From assembly GCA_963667755.2 (NCBI GenBank), contig CAXXLK010000004.1, positions 839,739-903,738 on the forward strand: 64,000 bases of DNA, written 5' to 3'. Position numbers and translations under genes: made by a program. Origin of the DNA: Desulfobacterales bacterium. Its GTDB lineage: Bacteria; Desulfobacterota; Desulfobacteria; Desulfobacterales; 4572-123. Below the pieces are notes generated by a model, which had not been told where the DNA came from, searched no databases, and saw nothing but the letters and a program-made list of their open reading frames with translations. Positions 21,439 to 30,533 of the stretch are shown here, piece after piece; the stretch's first letter is position 1, and each line of letters opens with the position of its first letter.

Positions 21439-21988
21439 GTCAGGCTCCTTTTTTTCGGGTCGGATTTTTATTTTAGCAGAAGCAATATAACGAGGGGACA
21501 TGTATGGCGTCAATCCCTTTTTGATTGTTACATTTACACCACCCTAATTTTATCAGGACACGAAAGCCCTTTTAACAGGGCCACGCGTGAATTCGGCCGT
21601 ATTCCAATCAACCGGTTCGCCCCCCACAAAAAACTTGACAATACAACATTCGATAATGTACTAAAGCTTATCTTGTCCTAATTTTAATGACTACGTCAAG
21701 TTTGCGCACCAGCCTCTATCCGGCCGGGTTACAGTTTGACGGAATCTCCATGAATATATATAGAGACGTTTGCGGTGGTATCTTCGACAAAACAATCCAC
21801 ACCGATTACGGCATAATGATACCGCCGCTATAGCGTCATCGCATGACGCTTTGATGTATAGACATCTACAATTAAACCCATTGTTGCTTAGCAGTCACCT
21901 TGACATCCTTTGTTGACCCGATTGACTTTTTATATTTTGTCGATTTGAACATCCGTTAACCCCAACAGCACGAAAGGAGCCAGGTAGA

Positions 21989-23065
21989 ATGGAAAAACAA
22001 AAAGAACCCGGTAAAATTAAAAGACGTGATTTTATTAAAAAGGCAGGCATCGGAGCCGCTGCCGTGGCAGCCACAGCCGTAAACGCGCCCTTTGTGCATG
22101 CGGCAAAAAAAACCACCATCAAGTGGAGAATGCAGACCTATGCCGGTGCGGCCCTGTCCGAGCATGTCTGTAAACCGGCCATTGATGCGTTTAACAAAGT
22201 CGCCGATGGTGAGATGGTGATCGAGTTGTACAATGCCGATCAACTGGTGCCCACGGGAGAGTTGTTCCGGGCCATGCAGAAAGGCACCATCGATGCGGTC
22301 CAGAGTGACGACGACTCCATCGCAGCGCCTGTGGACGTATCCGTATTTGGCGCCTACTTTCCCTTTGCATCCCGTTACTCGCTGGATGTTCCCGTTTTAT
22401 GGAACTGGTATGGGTTAAATGAAATCTGGGAAGAGGCCTATTCAGAAGTGAAAGGGGTCACCTGGTTGAGCGCCGGGGCATGGGACCCGTGCAATTTCGC
22501 CACCACCAAGCCGATCCGAAGCCTTGAAGATCTCAAGGGTCTGAGGGTCTTCAGCTTTCCCACCGGCGGCAGGTTCATGCAGCAATTCGGCGTTGTCCCC
22601 ATGTCCCTTCCCTGGGAGGACATTGAGATGGCCGTCCAAACCGGTGAGCTGGACGGTGTCGCCTGGTCCGGCATCACCGAGGACTATACCGTCGGATGGG
22701 CCGATGTCACCAAATACTATCTGACCAATAACATATCCGGCGCCTGGTCGGGGTCTTATTTTGCCAATTCCGATTCATGGAACGCCCTGCCCGAACGCCT
22801 GAAGACCTTGTTCAAGCTGTCCATGGACAGCTCTCACTACTACCGGCAGCACTGGTACTGGTGGGGAGAAGCACACTACCGCACCAAAGGGGGAAAACTG
22901 GAACTGACCTCCATCCCCGATAATGAGTGGAAAGTCGTGGAAGATGCGGCCATCAAATACTGGGACAAAATTGCCGCCAAGAGCCCCAGGTGTGCCAAGG
23001 TGGTAAAAATACTTAAAGAATATAACCAGATCATGAGAGATGCCGGTCCTCCCTACCGCTATTAA
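21989..23065 (+). CDS. dctP: TRAP transporter solute-binding protein (Tat-exported), ethanolamine-binding-like subfamily
   Basis: KRRDFIK Tat motif; WRMQTY, DAVQSDDDS, WDPCNF, WSGITEDYTVGW. Resembles from memory the ethanolamine-binding SBP Csal_0678. Confidence 0.85.
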   Translation: MEKQKEPGKIKRRDFIKKAGIGAAAVAATAVNAPFVHAAKKTTIKWRMQTYAGAALSEHVCKPAIDAFNKVADGEMVIELYNADQLVPTGELFRAMQKGTIDAVQSDDDSIAAPVDVSVFGAYFPFASRYSLDVPVLWNWYGLNEIWEEAYSEVKGVTWLSAGAWDPCNFATTKPIRSLEDLKGLRVFSFPTGGRFMQQFGVVPMSLPWEDIEMAVQTGELDGVAWSGITEDYTVGWADVTKYYLTNNISGAWSGSYFANSDSWNALPERLKTLFKLSMDSSHYYRQHWYWWGEAHYRTKGGKLELTSIPDNEWKVVEDAAIKYWDKIAAKSPRCAKVVKILKEYNQIMRDAGPPYRY

Positions 23066-23132
23066 TCAGCAGGAACGATCGCATTTATTACCGATAATGG
23101 AAAACAATTTTTAAAATTATAGGCTTAACCAA

Positions 23133-23201
23133 CATTGAGCGATTTATTACGAACCGATGCTGCCAATAGAACCGGTGTCGAATCGTAAAAATCGCTCAAT
23201 G
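23133..23201. repeat. Long intergenic hairpin between dctP and dctQ
   Basis: cattgagcgattt (23133-23145) pairs with aaatcgctcaatg (23189-23201); inner ttacga/tcgtaa. Confidence 0.65.
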
Positions 23202-23233
23202 CAGTTTAAAGCAGCGAAAGGAAAGGGGCTTGA

Positions 23234-23743
23234 ATGCCTAAACCAATAAAAATTTTCGTGCGATATGTTGATGCGGTGAACAAGGTCGTCGGCAAGTTCT
23301 CAATGTACCTGGTCTTTGCCATGATGGGAATTCTGCTGTATGAATCTGTCTCAAGAACTATTTTTGACCGGCCCCACATTTGGGCTGTGGAGATGGCCCA
23401 GTTCGTCATGGCGGCCTACTACCTCCTTGGCGGCGGCTACTCCATGATTTTAAAAGGACATGTCAGAATGGATCTCCTCTACGGCCGCTGGTCCGTCAAA
23501 CGTCAGGGACTGGCCGATGCCATCACCATGCCATTTTTGCTCTTCTACCTGGTGTTTCTGCTCATTGGCGCCTACTCCAGCATTGAATATGCAGTCATGT
23601 ACGGGCAGCGGAATCGATCCGCGTGGGCGCCGTATATGGCCCCCATCAAAATCATTATGGGCAGCGGCATCTTCTTGATGACGCTGCAGGCAATTGCGAC
23701 ATGGTTCAAGGACCTGGCTAAGGTGAAAGGGGAGAAAATATAA
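23234..23743 (+). CDS. dctQ: TRAP transporter small permease
   Basis: Four hydrophobic segments, WAVEM, HVRMDL. Confidence 0.9.
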   Translation: MPKPIKIFVRYVDAVNKVVGKFSMYLVFAMMGILLYESVSRTIFDRPHIWAVEMAQFVMAAYYLLGGGYSMILKGHVRMDLLYGRWSVKRQGLADAITMPFLLFYLVFLLIGAYSSIEYAVMYGQRNRSAWAPYMAPIKIIMGSGIFLMTLQAIATWFKDLAKVKGEKI

Positions 23744-23744
23744 C

Positions 23745-25067
23745 ATGAGTCATGAAATGATAGCTGTGCTGATATTCACCTCGATGATGCTCATGCTCCT
23801 TACCGGGCAACGGGTCTTTGCCGCCATTGGCGGTGTCGCCACAATTTTTTCGCTGACGCTGTGGGGAAACGGTGGTGCAGAGATGCCGTTCAACGCCAGC
23901 TTTGCATTGCTGAACTGGTACCCGCTACTGACCCTGCCGCTGTTCATCTATATGGGGTATATGTTTTCCGAGTCCGGCATCGCCAGTGATCTCTACAAGA
24001 TGTTTCATGTTTGGATGGGCCCGATCCATGGGGGGCTTGCCATCGGCACAATGGGGCTGATGGTGGCCGTTTCCGCCATGAACGGCCTGAGTGTGGCCGG
24101 TATGGCCATTGGCGCCAGCATCGCCATGCCCGAGATGCTGAAACGAAAGTACGACAAGGTCATGGTCACCGGCGTCATCCAGGCGGGCAGTTCCCTGGGC
24201 ATCATGGTCCCCCCCAGTGTCGTTCTGGTGCTCTATGGCATGATCGCCCGGCAGCCCGTCGGCCAGTTGTGGCTGGCCGGTGTTTTCCCCGGTCTCCTGC
24301 TGGCAGGCCTGTTTATCGCCTACATCGCGATTCGATGCAGACTTCAGCCGCACCTGGGGCCGGTATTACCCCTGGCAGAGCGACAGATGCCATGGGGAAA
24401 AAAATTGGGGCTGCTCAGGGCCGGCATCATTCCCCTTGTCATTATCTTTTCCATGACCGGACTGTTTTTGATGGGGATCACCAGCCTGGTCGAGTGCTCG
24501 GCAGCAGGAGCCGCGGCAACGACCATTGTCGCCATCCTCAAAGGCCGCCTGACCCGACAGGTTTTAGACGATACCTTGAAAAACACACTGAGCGTCAGTT
24601 GCATGTTCATGTGGGTTATTCTGGCAGCCCTCTGCTTTGGTGCCGTCTTTGACGGCCTGGGTGCCGTTCATGCCATAAAGTCCCTGTTTCTGGACCGCTG
24701 GGGCCTCAGTCCTTTTGGCGTACTCGTTATGATGCAGCTTTCCTACATCCTGATGGGCATGTTTTTAGATGATACGGCCATGCTCATCATTGTGGCGCCG
24801 CTTTACGTCCCCCTGGTCATCGAACTGGGCTACAACCCCATATGGTACGGTGTTCTGTACACCATCACCTGTCAGATTGCCTACATGACACCGCCCTTTG
24901 GCTACAACCTGTTTCTCATGAAGGCCATGGCGCCCAAAGAGGTCTCACTGGGGGATATCTACCGCTCCATTGTCCCTTTTGTCATCGTCATGCTGTTCGG
25001 ACTGGTCCTGGTCATGGTGTTTCCCCAGATCGCCCTTTGGCTGCCCAATGTCTATTTCGGGAGATAA
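23745..25067 (+). CDS. dctM: TRAP transporter large permease
   Basis: LTLPLFIYMG, GSSLGIMVPPS, YMTPPFG. Confidence 0.92.
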   Translation: MSHEMIAVLIFTSMMLMLLTGQRVFAAIGGVATIFSLTLWGNGGAEMPFNASFALLNWYPLLTLPLFIYMGYMFSESGIASDLYKMFHVWMGPIHGGLAIGTMGLMVAVSAMNGLSVAGMAIGASIAMPEMLKRKYDKVMVTGVIQAGSSLGIMVPPSVVLVLYGMIARQPVGQLWLAGVFPGLLLAGLFIAYIAIRCRLQPHLGPVLPLAERQMPWGKKLGLLRAGIIPLVIIFSMTGLFLMGITSLVECSAAGAAATTIVAILKGRLTRQVLDDTLKNTLSVSCMFMWVILAALCFGAVFDGLGAVHAIKSLFLDRWGLSPFGVLVMMQLSYILMGMFLDDTAMLIIVAPLYVPLVIELGYNPIWYGVLYTITCQIAYMTPPFGYNLFLMKAMAPKEVSLGDIYRSIVPFVIVMLFGLVLVMVFPQIALWLPNVYFGR

Positions 25068-25136
25068 TCGCCGCTACTGACGATGCCTTCGGCAATGAGT
25101 GACGTTGATAAAAAATCATATCGCATTAACCGTTCG

Positions 25137-25169
25137 CCAGAGGGCGCATACGAAAAGTATGCCCCTCTG
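25137..25169 (+). terminator. Hairpin after the TRAP operon
   Basis: ccagagggcgcatac-gaaaa-gtatgcccctctgg. Confidence 0.5.
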
Positions 25170-25286
25170 GTGCAACAAAAAATTATGATCCGGCAGGCAG
25201 ACGCAATCTTCTGAGCGCTTACCTTACCCCCGGCTCCATGCCCCATGCCCGATCAAATTTTGTACCCCCCAAAAAAAGGATACACC

Positions 25287-25814
25287 ATGAATTTGCCCAA
25301 TATTCAAATCAAAAAAATCCTGTACGCCACCGACCTGTCGGAAACCGCCCTTTACGCCTTTCCCTATGCCGTCAACCTTGCCGAGACCTACGGTGCCGGA
25401 ATTACGATCCTCCATGTGATCTCAGAAACCGCCAGTGAAGAATTTATATCGAGCATGATCAATGCCCAGGCATTGAAAGAAATCAAGAATCGACACTATT
25501 CCGAAGCCCGGGAAAACCTCATCGGCAAAAAAAGAAAACATATCGCCATAAAGGAGATACTCCAGGCATTTTCCGATGAGGTAACGGCCAAGGCCCAGGA
25601 CCAGACCGTTGTCACCGATGAAATCCTGATCCGGGAAGGCCCCCCTGCCGAAACCATCCTCGAAACAGCCAAAGCCCGAAATTGTGACATCATCGTCCTG
25701 GGTACCCACGGCCAGGGCGGCATGGCTAAAATCCTTGTGGGCAGTATCGCCAAACAGGTGCTCAGGCATGCCGATGTCCCGGTTCTGGTGGTTCGATTGC
25801 CCAAAACCGCGTGA
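25287..25814 (+). CDS. Universal stress protein
   Basis: ILYATDLS, DIIVLGTHG, GSIAKQVLRHADVPVLVV. Confidence 0.92.
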   Translation: MNLPNIQIKKILYATDLSETALYAFPYAVNLAETYGAGITILHVISETASEEFISSMINAQALKEIKNRHYSEARENLIGKKRKHIAIKEILQAFSDEVTAKAQDQTVVTDEILIREGPPAETILETAKARNCDIIVLGTHGQGGMAKILVGSIAKQVLRHADVPVLVVRLPKTA

Positions 25815-25827
25815 ACCGGAATTTATC

Positions 25828-26757
25828 ATGACCTTCGAATCAGCGAAAAAAATCATCAAAAACATCTCCCAGGTGGTGGTGGGAAAGGATAGCGCCCTGG
25901 AATTGCTCATGGCGGCACTCCTGGCCCATGGTCATGTCCTGCTCGAAGATGTGCCGGGCGTGGGCAAGACATTGATCACCAGGAGCCTTGCCAAAAGCAT
26001 CAACGGATCGTTCAAACGAATCCAGTTCACGCCGGACCTGTTGCCCGCAGATGTTACCGGGTTCAATGTCTATGATCAAAAAACCGGGGCGTTCAAATTT
26101 CAGCCGGGGCCGGTGATGGCCCATATTCTGCTGGCAGACGAGATCAACCGGGCGATTCCCAGGACCCAGTCGAGTCTGCTCGAAAGCATGGAAGAGCACC
26201 AGGTGACCATTGACGGCAAGACCCGGCTCCTGCCAAAACCCTTTTTCGTCATGGCCACCCAGAATCCCATTGAACTGGAGGGCACCTTTCCCCTGCCCGA
26301 GGCCCAGCTGGATCGATTTCTGATCAAGATCAGCCTAGGATATCCCGACAAGACAGAGGAGATGACCATATTAGAACGGTTTCAAAGCCATGACCCGCTG
26401 GCGGCACTCACCCCCGTTGCCGACACCGACCAACTCGTCCATATGCAGCAGATGTGCCGAAAAATCAAAATATCGGCCCTGGTGCGGGACTATATTACAG
26501 ACCTTGTGGGGGCCACCCGGCATCATGAAAGCCTGCGTTTCGGGGCCAGCCCCAGGGGATCATTGGGGTTGATGCGCACGGCCCAGGGGCTTGCCGCCTT
26601 AAGAGATCGCAACTATGTCCTTCCCGACGATGTCAAACAGCTCGCCATCCCTGTTCTGGGCCATCGCATCATTTTAACCGAGGCGGAAAAACTCAAAGGA
26701 AAACGCCCTGAGCATATCCTGGAAGAGATCCTTTCCCGCACCCCGGTGCCGGCCTGA
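25828..26757 (+). CDS. MoxR family AAA+ ATPase
   Basis: EDVPGVGKT, RIQFTPDLLPAD, LADEINR, ATQNPIE, LPEAQLDRF. Confidence 0.95.
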   Translation: MTFESAKKIIKNISQVVVGKDSALELLMAALLAHGHVLLEDVPGVGKTLITRSLAKSINGSFKRIQFTPDLLPADVTGFNVYDQKTGAFKFQPGPVMAHILLADEINRAIPRTQSSLLESMEEHQVTIDGKTRLLPKPFFVMATQNPIELEGTFPLPEAQLDRFLIKISLGYPDKTEEMTILERFQSHDPLAALTPVADTDQLVHMQQMCRKIKISALVRDYITDLVGATRHHESLRFGASPRGSLGLMRTAQGLAALRDRNYVLPDDVKQLAIPVLGHRIILTEAEKLKGKRPEHILEEILSRTPVPA

Positions 26758-26773
26758 GCGACAAAGGTGAACA

Positions 26774-27973
26774 ATGAGACCGCCGTTGCCTGAAGCGCCC
26801 GCGTCCATCTTCCCCGTATTTTTCGTCCAGGCCTTTATCTTTGTCTGCCTGTTTTTTGCCCTGCTGTTTGATGTTGCGGAACTGACCCTCTTTTCCCTGG
26901 TCAGCCTGGCCATGGGCATCGGTTCCTATTTATGGAGCCGGGTCAGCCTGGACCATGTCAACTGTAAAATAGCACTGAAACCCACAAGACTGTTTCCCGG
27001 TGACCGGCTTAAAATCGAGATCCACGCCACCAATTCAAAATTGCTCCCCGTACTGTTGAAAATTGATCTTTTCACCCATAGATCCATGACAGGCAAGGAT
27101 GCGGATCAATCGCTCAGGGAGGAGATCTGCCTTTTCTGGTTTCAACAATCTATAGTTTCAAGGGAATTGTTCCCGAAAAAAAGAGGCGTCTACAACCTGG
27201 GACCGCCGAGGCTGAGCGGTGGCGACCTCTTCGGCTTTTTTTTCAAGACTGGAAAGACAGACGAACGGCTCGAGGTGGTGGTCTACCCCCGCATTGTGCC
27301 CATCAGGCCCCTGTCTCTTCCCCAAAAAGCGTTTTTCGGTATTCCCGGCCCGCGCAGCCCCATAGAAGATCCATGCTATGTTTTTGGAACCCGGGAGTAT
27401 CAGGCGGGACGGCCTGCTCGGGGCATCCACTGGAAGGCGAGTGCGCGGCACCATCGGTTGCAGGAAAAGCTTTGCGAGCCGGCCCAGCAGGAAAAAATAC
27501 TGATCCTTCTCGATGTTGATCAATTTGAAAAGGTGCCGGCCGACTTTGAAAAAAGCCTGGAAGCCATCGCTTCTCTTATCCTTCAATTGGATCGTCAGCG
27601 CATCGCCGTGGGATTTGCCACAAACGGCACCATTGCCGGCACCGGCTCAAACATCATTCCCATCTCAAGAAGTGCCGTGCAGATGGCATCCATCCTTGAA
27701 ACCCTGGCCGGCATCCATGCTGAAAAGGCAGGCCCGGTCACCGATATCCTGGCAGGCGGGTATACCATCCCCTGGGGTGTCACCAGCCTCTACTTTGCCT
27801 GTCATTGTTGCCGGCAAACCCGTCGGGCCAAAGCGTTCATGGACTATCGAAACATCCCCGCCTGCTTTGTCCTGGCGCAAAAATCCAATGAGGAGGAGAT
27901 CCCGGACACCCGGCAACAAGGTCACACCGTCTATCTGGATAACCTGCTGGCCCCGGAGGATCGAAAAAAATGA
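26774..27973 (+). CDS. DUF58 domain protein
   Basis: REYQAG..RGIHWKASAR; follows moxR. Confidence 0.88.
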   Translation: MRPPLPEAPASIFPVFFVQAFIFVCLFFALLFDVAELTLFSLVSLAMGIGSYLWSRVSLDHVNCKIALKPTRLFPGDRLKIEIHATNSKLLPVLLKIDLFTHRSMTGKDADQSLREEICLFWFQQSIVSRELFPKKRGVYNLGPPRLSGGDLFGFFFKTGKTDERLEVVVYPRIVPIRPLSLPQKAFFGIPGPRSPIEDPCYVFGTREYQAGRPARGIHWKASARHHRLQEKLCEPAQQEKILILLDVDQFEKVPADFEKSLEAIASLILQLDRQRIAVGFATNGTIAGTGSNIIPISRSAVQMASILETLAGIHAEKAGPVTDILAGGYTIPWGVTSLYFACHCCRQTRRAKAFMDYRNIPACFVLAQKSNEEEIPDTRQQGHTVYLDNLLAPEDRKK

Positions 27974-29370
27974 AACACCGACCTTCTATTTTTCTGATGA
28001 CAGCATCAGGTATCATGATGATCAGCTGCTTTTATGCCTGCACCGGTTTTATTCTGGCCGGTATCTCCCGGAAACCAATCCATGCAACCCAAGCGGCAAT
28101 GATTCTTTTGTTCGCCGTTATCCTCACCGCCACCCACCGTCAAAGGGGGTGGCGGCCAATATATATCGCCGGACTTCACCTGGCAGGATGGCTGTCTGCA
28201 TCATTATGGCTTTGCCACCGCTATTACAATCTTCAATATAGCTTCCGGGACCCTGGCTGGGTTTTGGATTTTTTTATGCTGGACAGGGCCGTTACCGGCT
28301 GGCTGTTTTTAATTCTCCTCCTTTTTTGTGTCTGTTTCCTGTGGTTCTGCGGAATACGGTTATGGGGCAGGCCCACTGACCAGTCCACCATCAGTCACCG
28401 TTTTGATGCTGGACTGGCCTGTTTTTTGGCCATGGGGCTCATTAAACTGCTCATCAATGTAAAAGGCGGCACACTGCCCCTGGCCCATTCATCGATGATG
28501 CCGATGATCATCTTTATGGTCGCGGGCCTTTTTTCAATCGGCGTTGTCCGTACCCGGGGTGCCTCCCAGACAGGGACTGCCAACGGTTTCAGGGGCGCCG
28601 GCGTTGTCCTGGGTTTTACGTTTATGATATTACTGACGGGCGGCGGGCTGTTCCTTTTTACTTCACCCCAGCTTCAAACCGTTGCTGAAGCAGGCGGCGG
28701 CCTGTTGGGAACCCTGGCAGGTCCCATAGAACAGATGGTGCTTATCCTGGCCCGGTTTTTTCTTGAAAGCGGTTTTCGCCTTAAATTTGGAGCGGATTCC
28801 CCCACCGGTTCACCACCGGCCATACCTGCCATGGAAGGGCCGGCGGTTCCTACCATCATTGTCCACCTTGTCACAGGGCTTACAATTGCCATCCTGCTGG
28901 CAACCCTCGGTTGGTTACTGTATGTTCTGCTGAAATGGGTGTCTGAAAGGCTGTTTGCCAAGACAATGAAGGCCGGGGACAGGTCGGGAATATGGGCCCT
29001 TTTACGCCTATATGCTGACGCGGTAAAACGCCTTTTTATATCCATTTTGAGCCGCATGCACCTTATTGCCGACACCTCCTGTGCCGCCGATAAATTTTAC
29101 CAACGCCTCCTGCGATGGGGCCGGTTAAGCGGCCTGAATCATGATGTGGCTGAAACCCCCAAAGAATACGCGCTTCGCCTGGGGCAACGATTTCCCCAAT
29201 TAAAAAAAGAGATTCGCCTTATCATCCTTGTCCACGATGAGGCCGTCTACGGCGGTATCGCCCCTGACAGCCATCGGATATCAACGGCAACGCTGGCCCT
29301 GAAAAGGCTTCACAATCCCCTCCTGTGGTTTTCCCGCATCAAATCCTTCTGTTTTCAAAACCGCTGCTGA
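27970..29370 (+). CDS. Membrane protein with C-terminal DUF4129 domain
   Basis: Many TM segments; ETPKEYA and EAVYG motifs; third gene of the moxR-DUF58 trio. Confidence 0.8.
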   Translation: MKHRPSIFLMTASGIMMISCFYACTGFILAGISRKPIHATQAAMILLFAVILTATHRQRGWRPIYIAGLHLAGWLSASLWLCHRYYNLQYSFRDPGWVLDFFMLDRAVTGWLFLILLLFCVCFLWFCGIRLWGRPTDQSTISHRFDAGLACFLAMGLIKLLINVKGGTLPLAHSSMMPMIIFMVAGLFSIGVVRTRGASQTGTANGFRGAGVVLGFTFMILLTGGGLFLFTSPQLQTVAEAGGGLLGTLAGPIEQMVLILARFFLESGFRLKFGADSPTGSPPAIPAMEGPAVPTIIVHLVTGLTIAILLATLGWLLYVLLKWVSERLFAKTMKAGDRSGIWALLRLYADAVKRLFISILSRMHLIADTSCAADKFYQRLLRWGRLSGLNHDVAETPKEYALRLGQRFPQLKKEIRLIILVHDEAVYGGIAPDSHRISTATLALKRLHNPLLWFSRIKSFCFQNRC

Positions 29371-29581
29371 AAAATTTTTTCCCAGGTTGGAAGCAAACAA
29401 TTAAAAAAACACCTGACCCTTGACTTTTACTGATGTGCCATTACCTTTACTCAACGGCGCTGATATGAGTGACGCGCAAATGTTTCCTCCTCAAGGTGTA
29501 TATCCCCAACATTCAAATGCGGTTTACCCCCCAAAGTTAGAAACTATTGTTTTTTTATTTTTTATTAAGGAGATTTACAGC

Positions 29582-29785
29582 ATGGCTAACGGTACAGTAA
29601 AATGGTTTAACGACTCAAAAGGTTTTGGTTTTATCGAACAGGAAGACGGCGGAAAAGATGTATTTGTACATCACTCAGGCATCAATACATCAGGTTTTAA
29701 ATCCCTGAATGAAGGGGATCGCGTTTCCTTTGATATTGAAGATGGACCCAAAGGGCCTTCTGCAACAAATGTAACTGTTCAGTAA
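29582..29785 (+). CDS. cspA: Cold-shock protein
   Basis: GTVKWFN, KGFGFI (RNP1), VFVH (RNP2); RBS taaggag. Confidence 0.95.
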   Translation: MANGTVKWFNDSKGFGFIEQEDGGKDVFVHHSGINTSGFKSLNEGDRVSFDIEDGPKGPSATNVTVQ

Positions 29786-29838
29786 TAAACCATTTTTATT
29801 TATTTTTAAAAAAAGCCACCCTGGTGGCTTGAAATAAT

Positions 29839-29878
29839 AAAGTCCCTGAACGGAATATCGTTCAGGGACTTTTTTTTG
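29839..29878 (+). terminator. Rho-independent terminator after cspA
   Basis: aaagtccctgaacg-gaatat-cgttcagggacttt followed by a T-run. Confidence 0.85.
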
Positions 29879-29989
29879 TTTTTCGAGGCAGTATTTATTT
29901 TATCTGTAATTGATTCCAGGCAGAATATTAAGGACATTATTTCGAAAAAATTGCTTCATCAAAAAAGAACTACCGAATAGATTCAATTA

Positions 29990-30127
29990 CATGATGATGC
30001 CATCTACGGCGGCATCGTCTCTGACAGCCATCAAATATCGGCGACAAAGCATTCCGGAAAAGAATTCGCAATCCCCTTCTGTGGTTCATCCGCATCAAAT
30101 CCTTCTATTTTCAAAATCGTTGCTAAA
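29990..30127 (+). pseudogene. Diverged, frameshifted copy of the 3' end of the DUF4129 gene
   Basis: Reads HDDAIYGGIVSDSHQIS then, in another frame, RIRNPLLWFIRIKSFYFQNRC*, versus HDEAVYGGIAPDSHRIS...RLHNPLLWFSRIKSFCFQNRC* at 29233-29370. Confidence 0.85.
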
Positions 30128-30200
30128 ATAAATTCTTTTTAATATTTATAAAAATCTTTCATATCAACTTGATGTCAACCCCGTTGTATTCACAGTACAA

Positions 30201-30332
30201 TTATAATGGCAGCCTCGCGGCAAATGCCTGCTCGATCCTCTGGAACGCCCAGTCGACCTTTTCTCTTTTGATCACCAGGGGCAGGGCAAACCTGCGGGTA
30301 TAAGCGTGTGTCTCCTTGCACGGGAGCCCCAG
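30201..30332 (-). pseudogene. C-terminal relic of ornithine aminotransferase (RocD-like)
   Basis: Translates LGLPCKETHAYTRRFALPLVIKREKVDWAFQRIEQAF, matching the RocD tail pattern G.LCKETH...IRFAPPLVI..EE.DWA...I. Confidence 0.7.
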
Positions 30333-30334
30333 AC

Positions 30335-30532
30335 TCAGAGGCCCATATATTCGGCATGATCGGGAATCACCGATCCCAGCCCTTTGTCGCTTCTCACTTT
30401 CGCCATGGTGGTCTCGTCGGTCGGATCCGAAATGGTTAAATTCAGTTTTTGGGCGACATATGCCTTGGCCTGCTCTATTTTCATCCTTCGCGTGAGCTGC
30501 ATCCAGGCGACCAGATCCTGTTTTACCAGCAG
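30335..30532 (-). pseudogene. C-terminal relic of dimethylamine:corrinoid methyltransferase (MtbB-like)
   Basis: Translates DLVAWMQLTRRMKIEQAKAYVAQKLNLTISDPTDETTMAKVRSDKGLG, matching the MtbB tail pattern DLVA.MQ....M.I.EAK.YVA.KL....DL.DE..M...R....G. Confidence 0.75.
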
Positions 30533-30533
30533 G

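Noticed and set aside
21690-21870. ANTAR (EutV-type) dual hairpin or known riboswitch in the TRAP leader
   Set aside because: Loops do not fit the paired hexaloop pattern and no known aptamer consensus was recognised; kept only as an unknown structured leader
29910-30131. 73-aa ORF after cspA
   Set aside because: Alternative-frame reading of the duplicated DUF4129 tail
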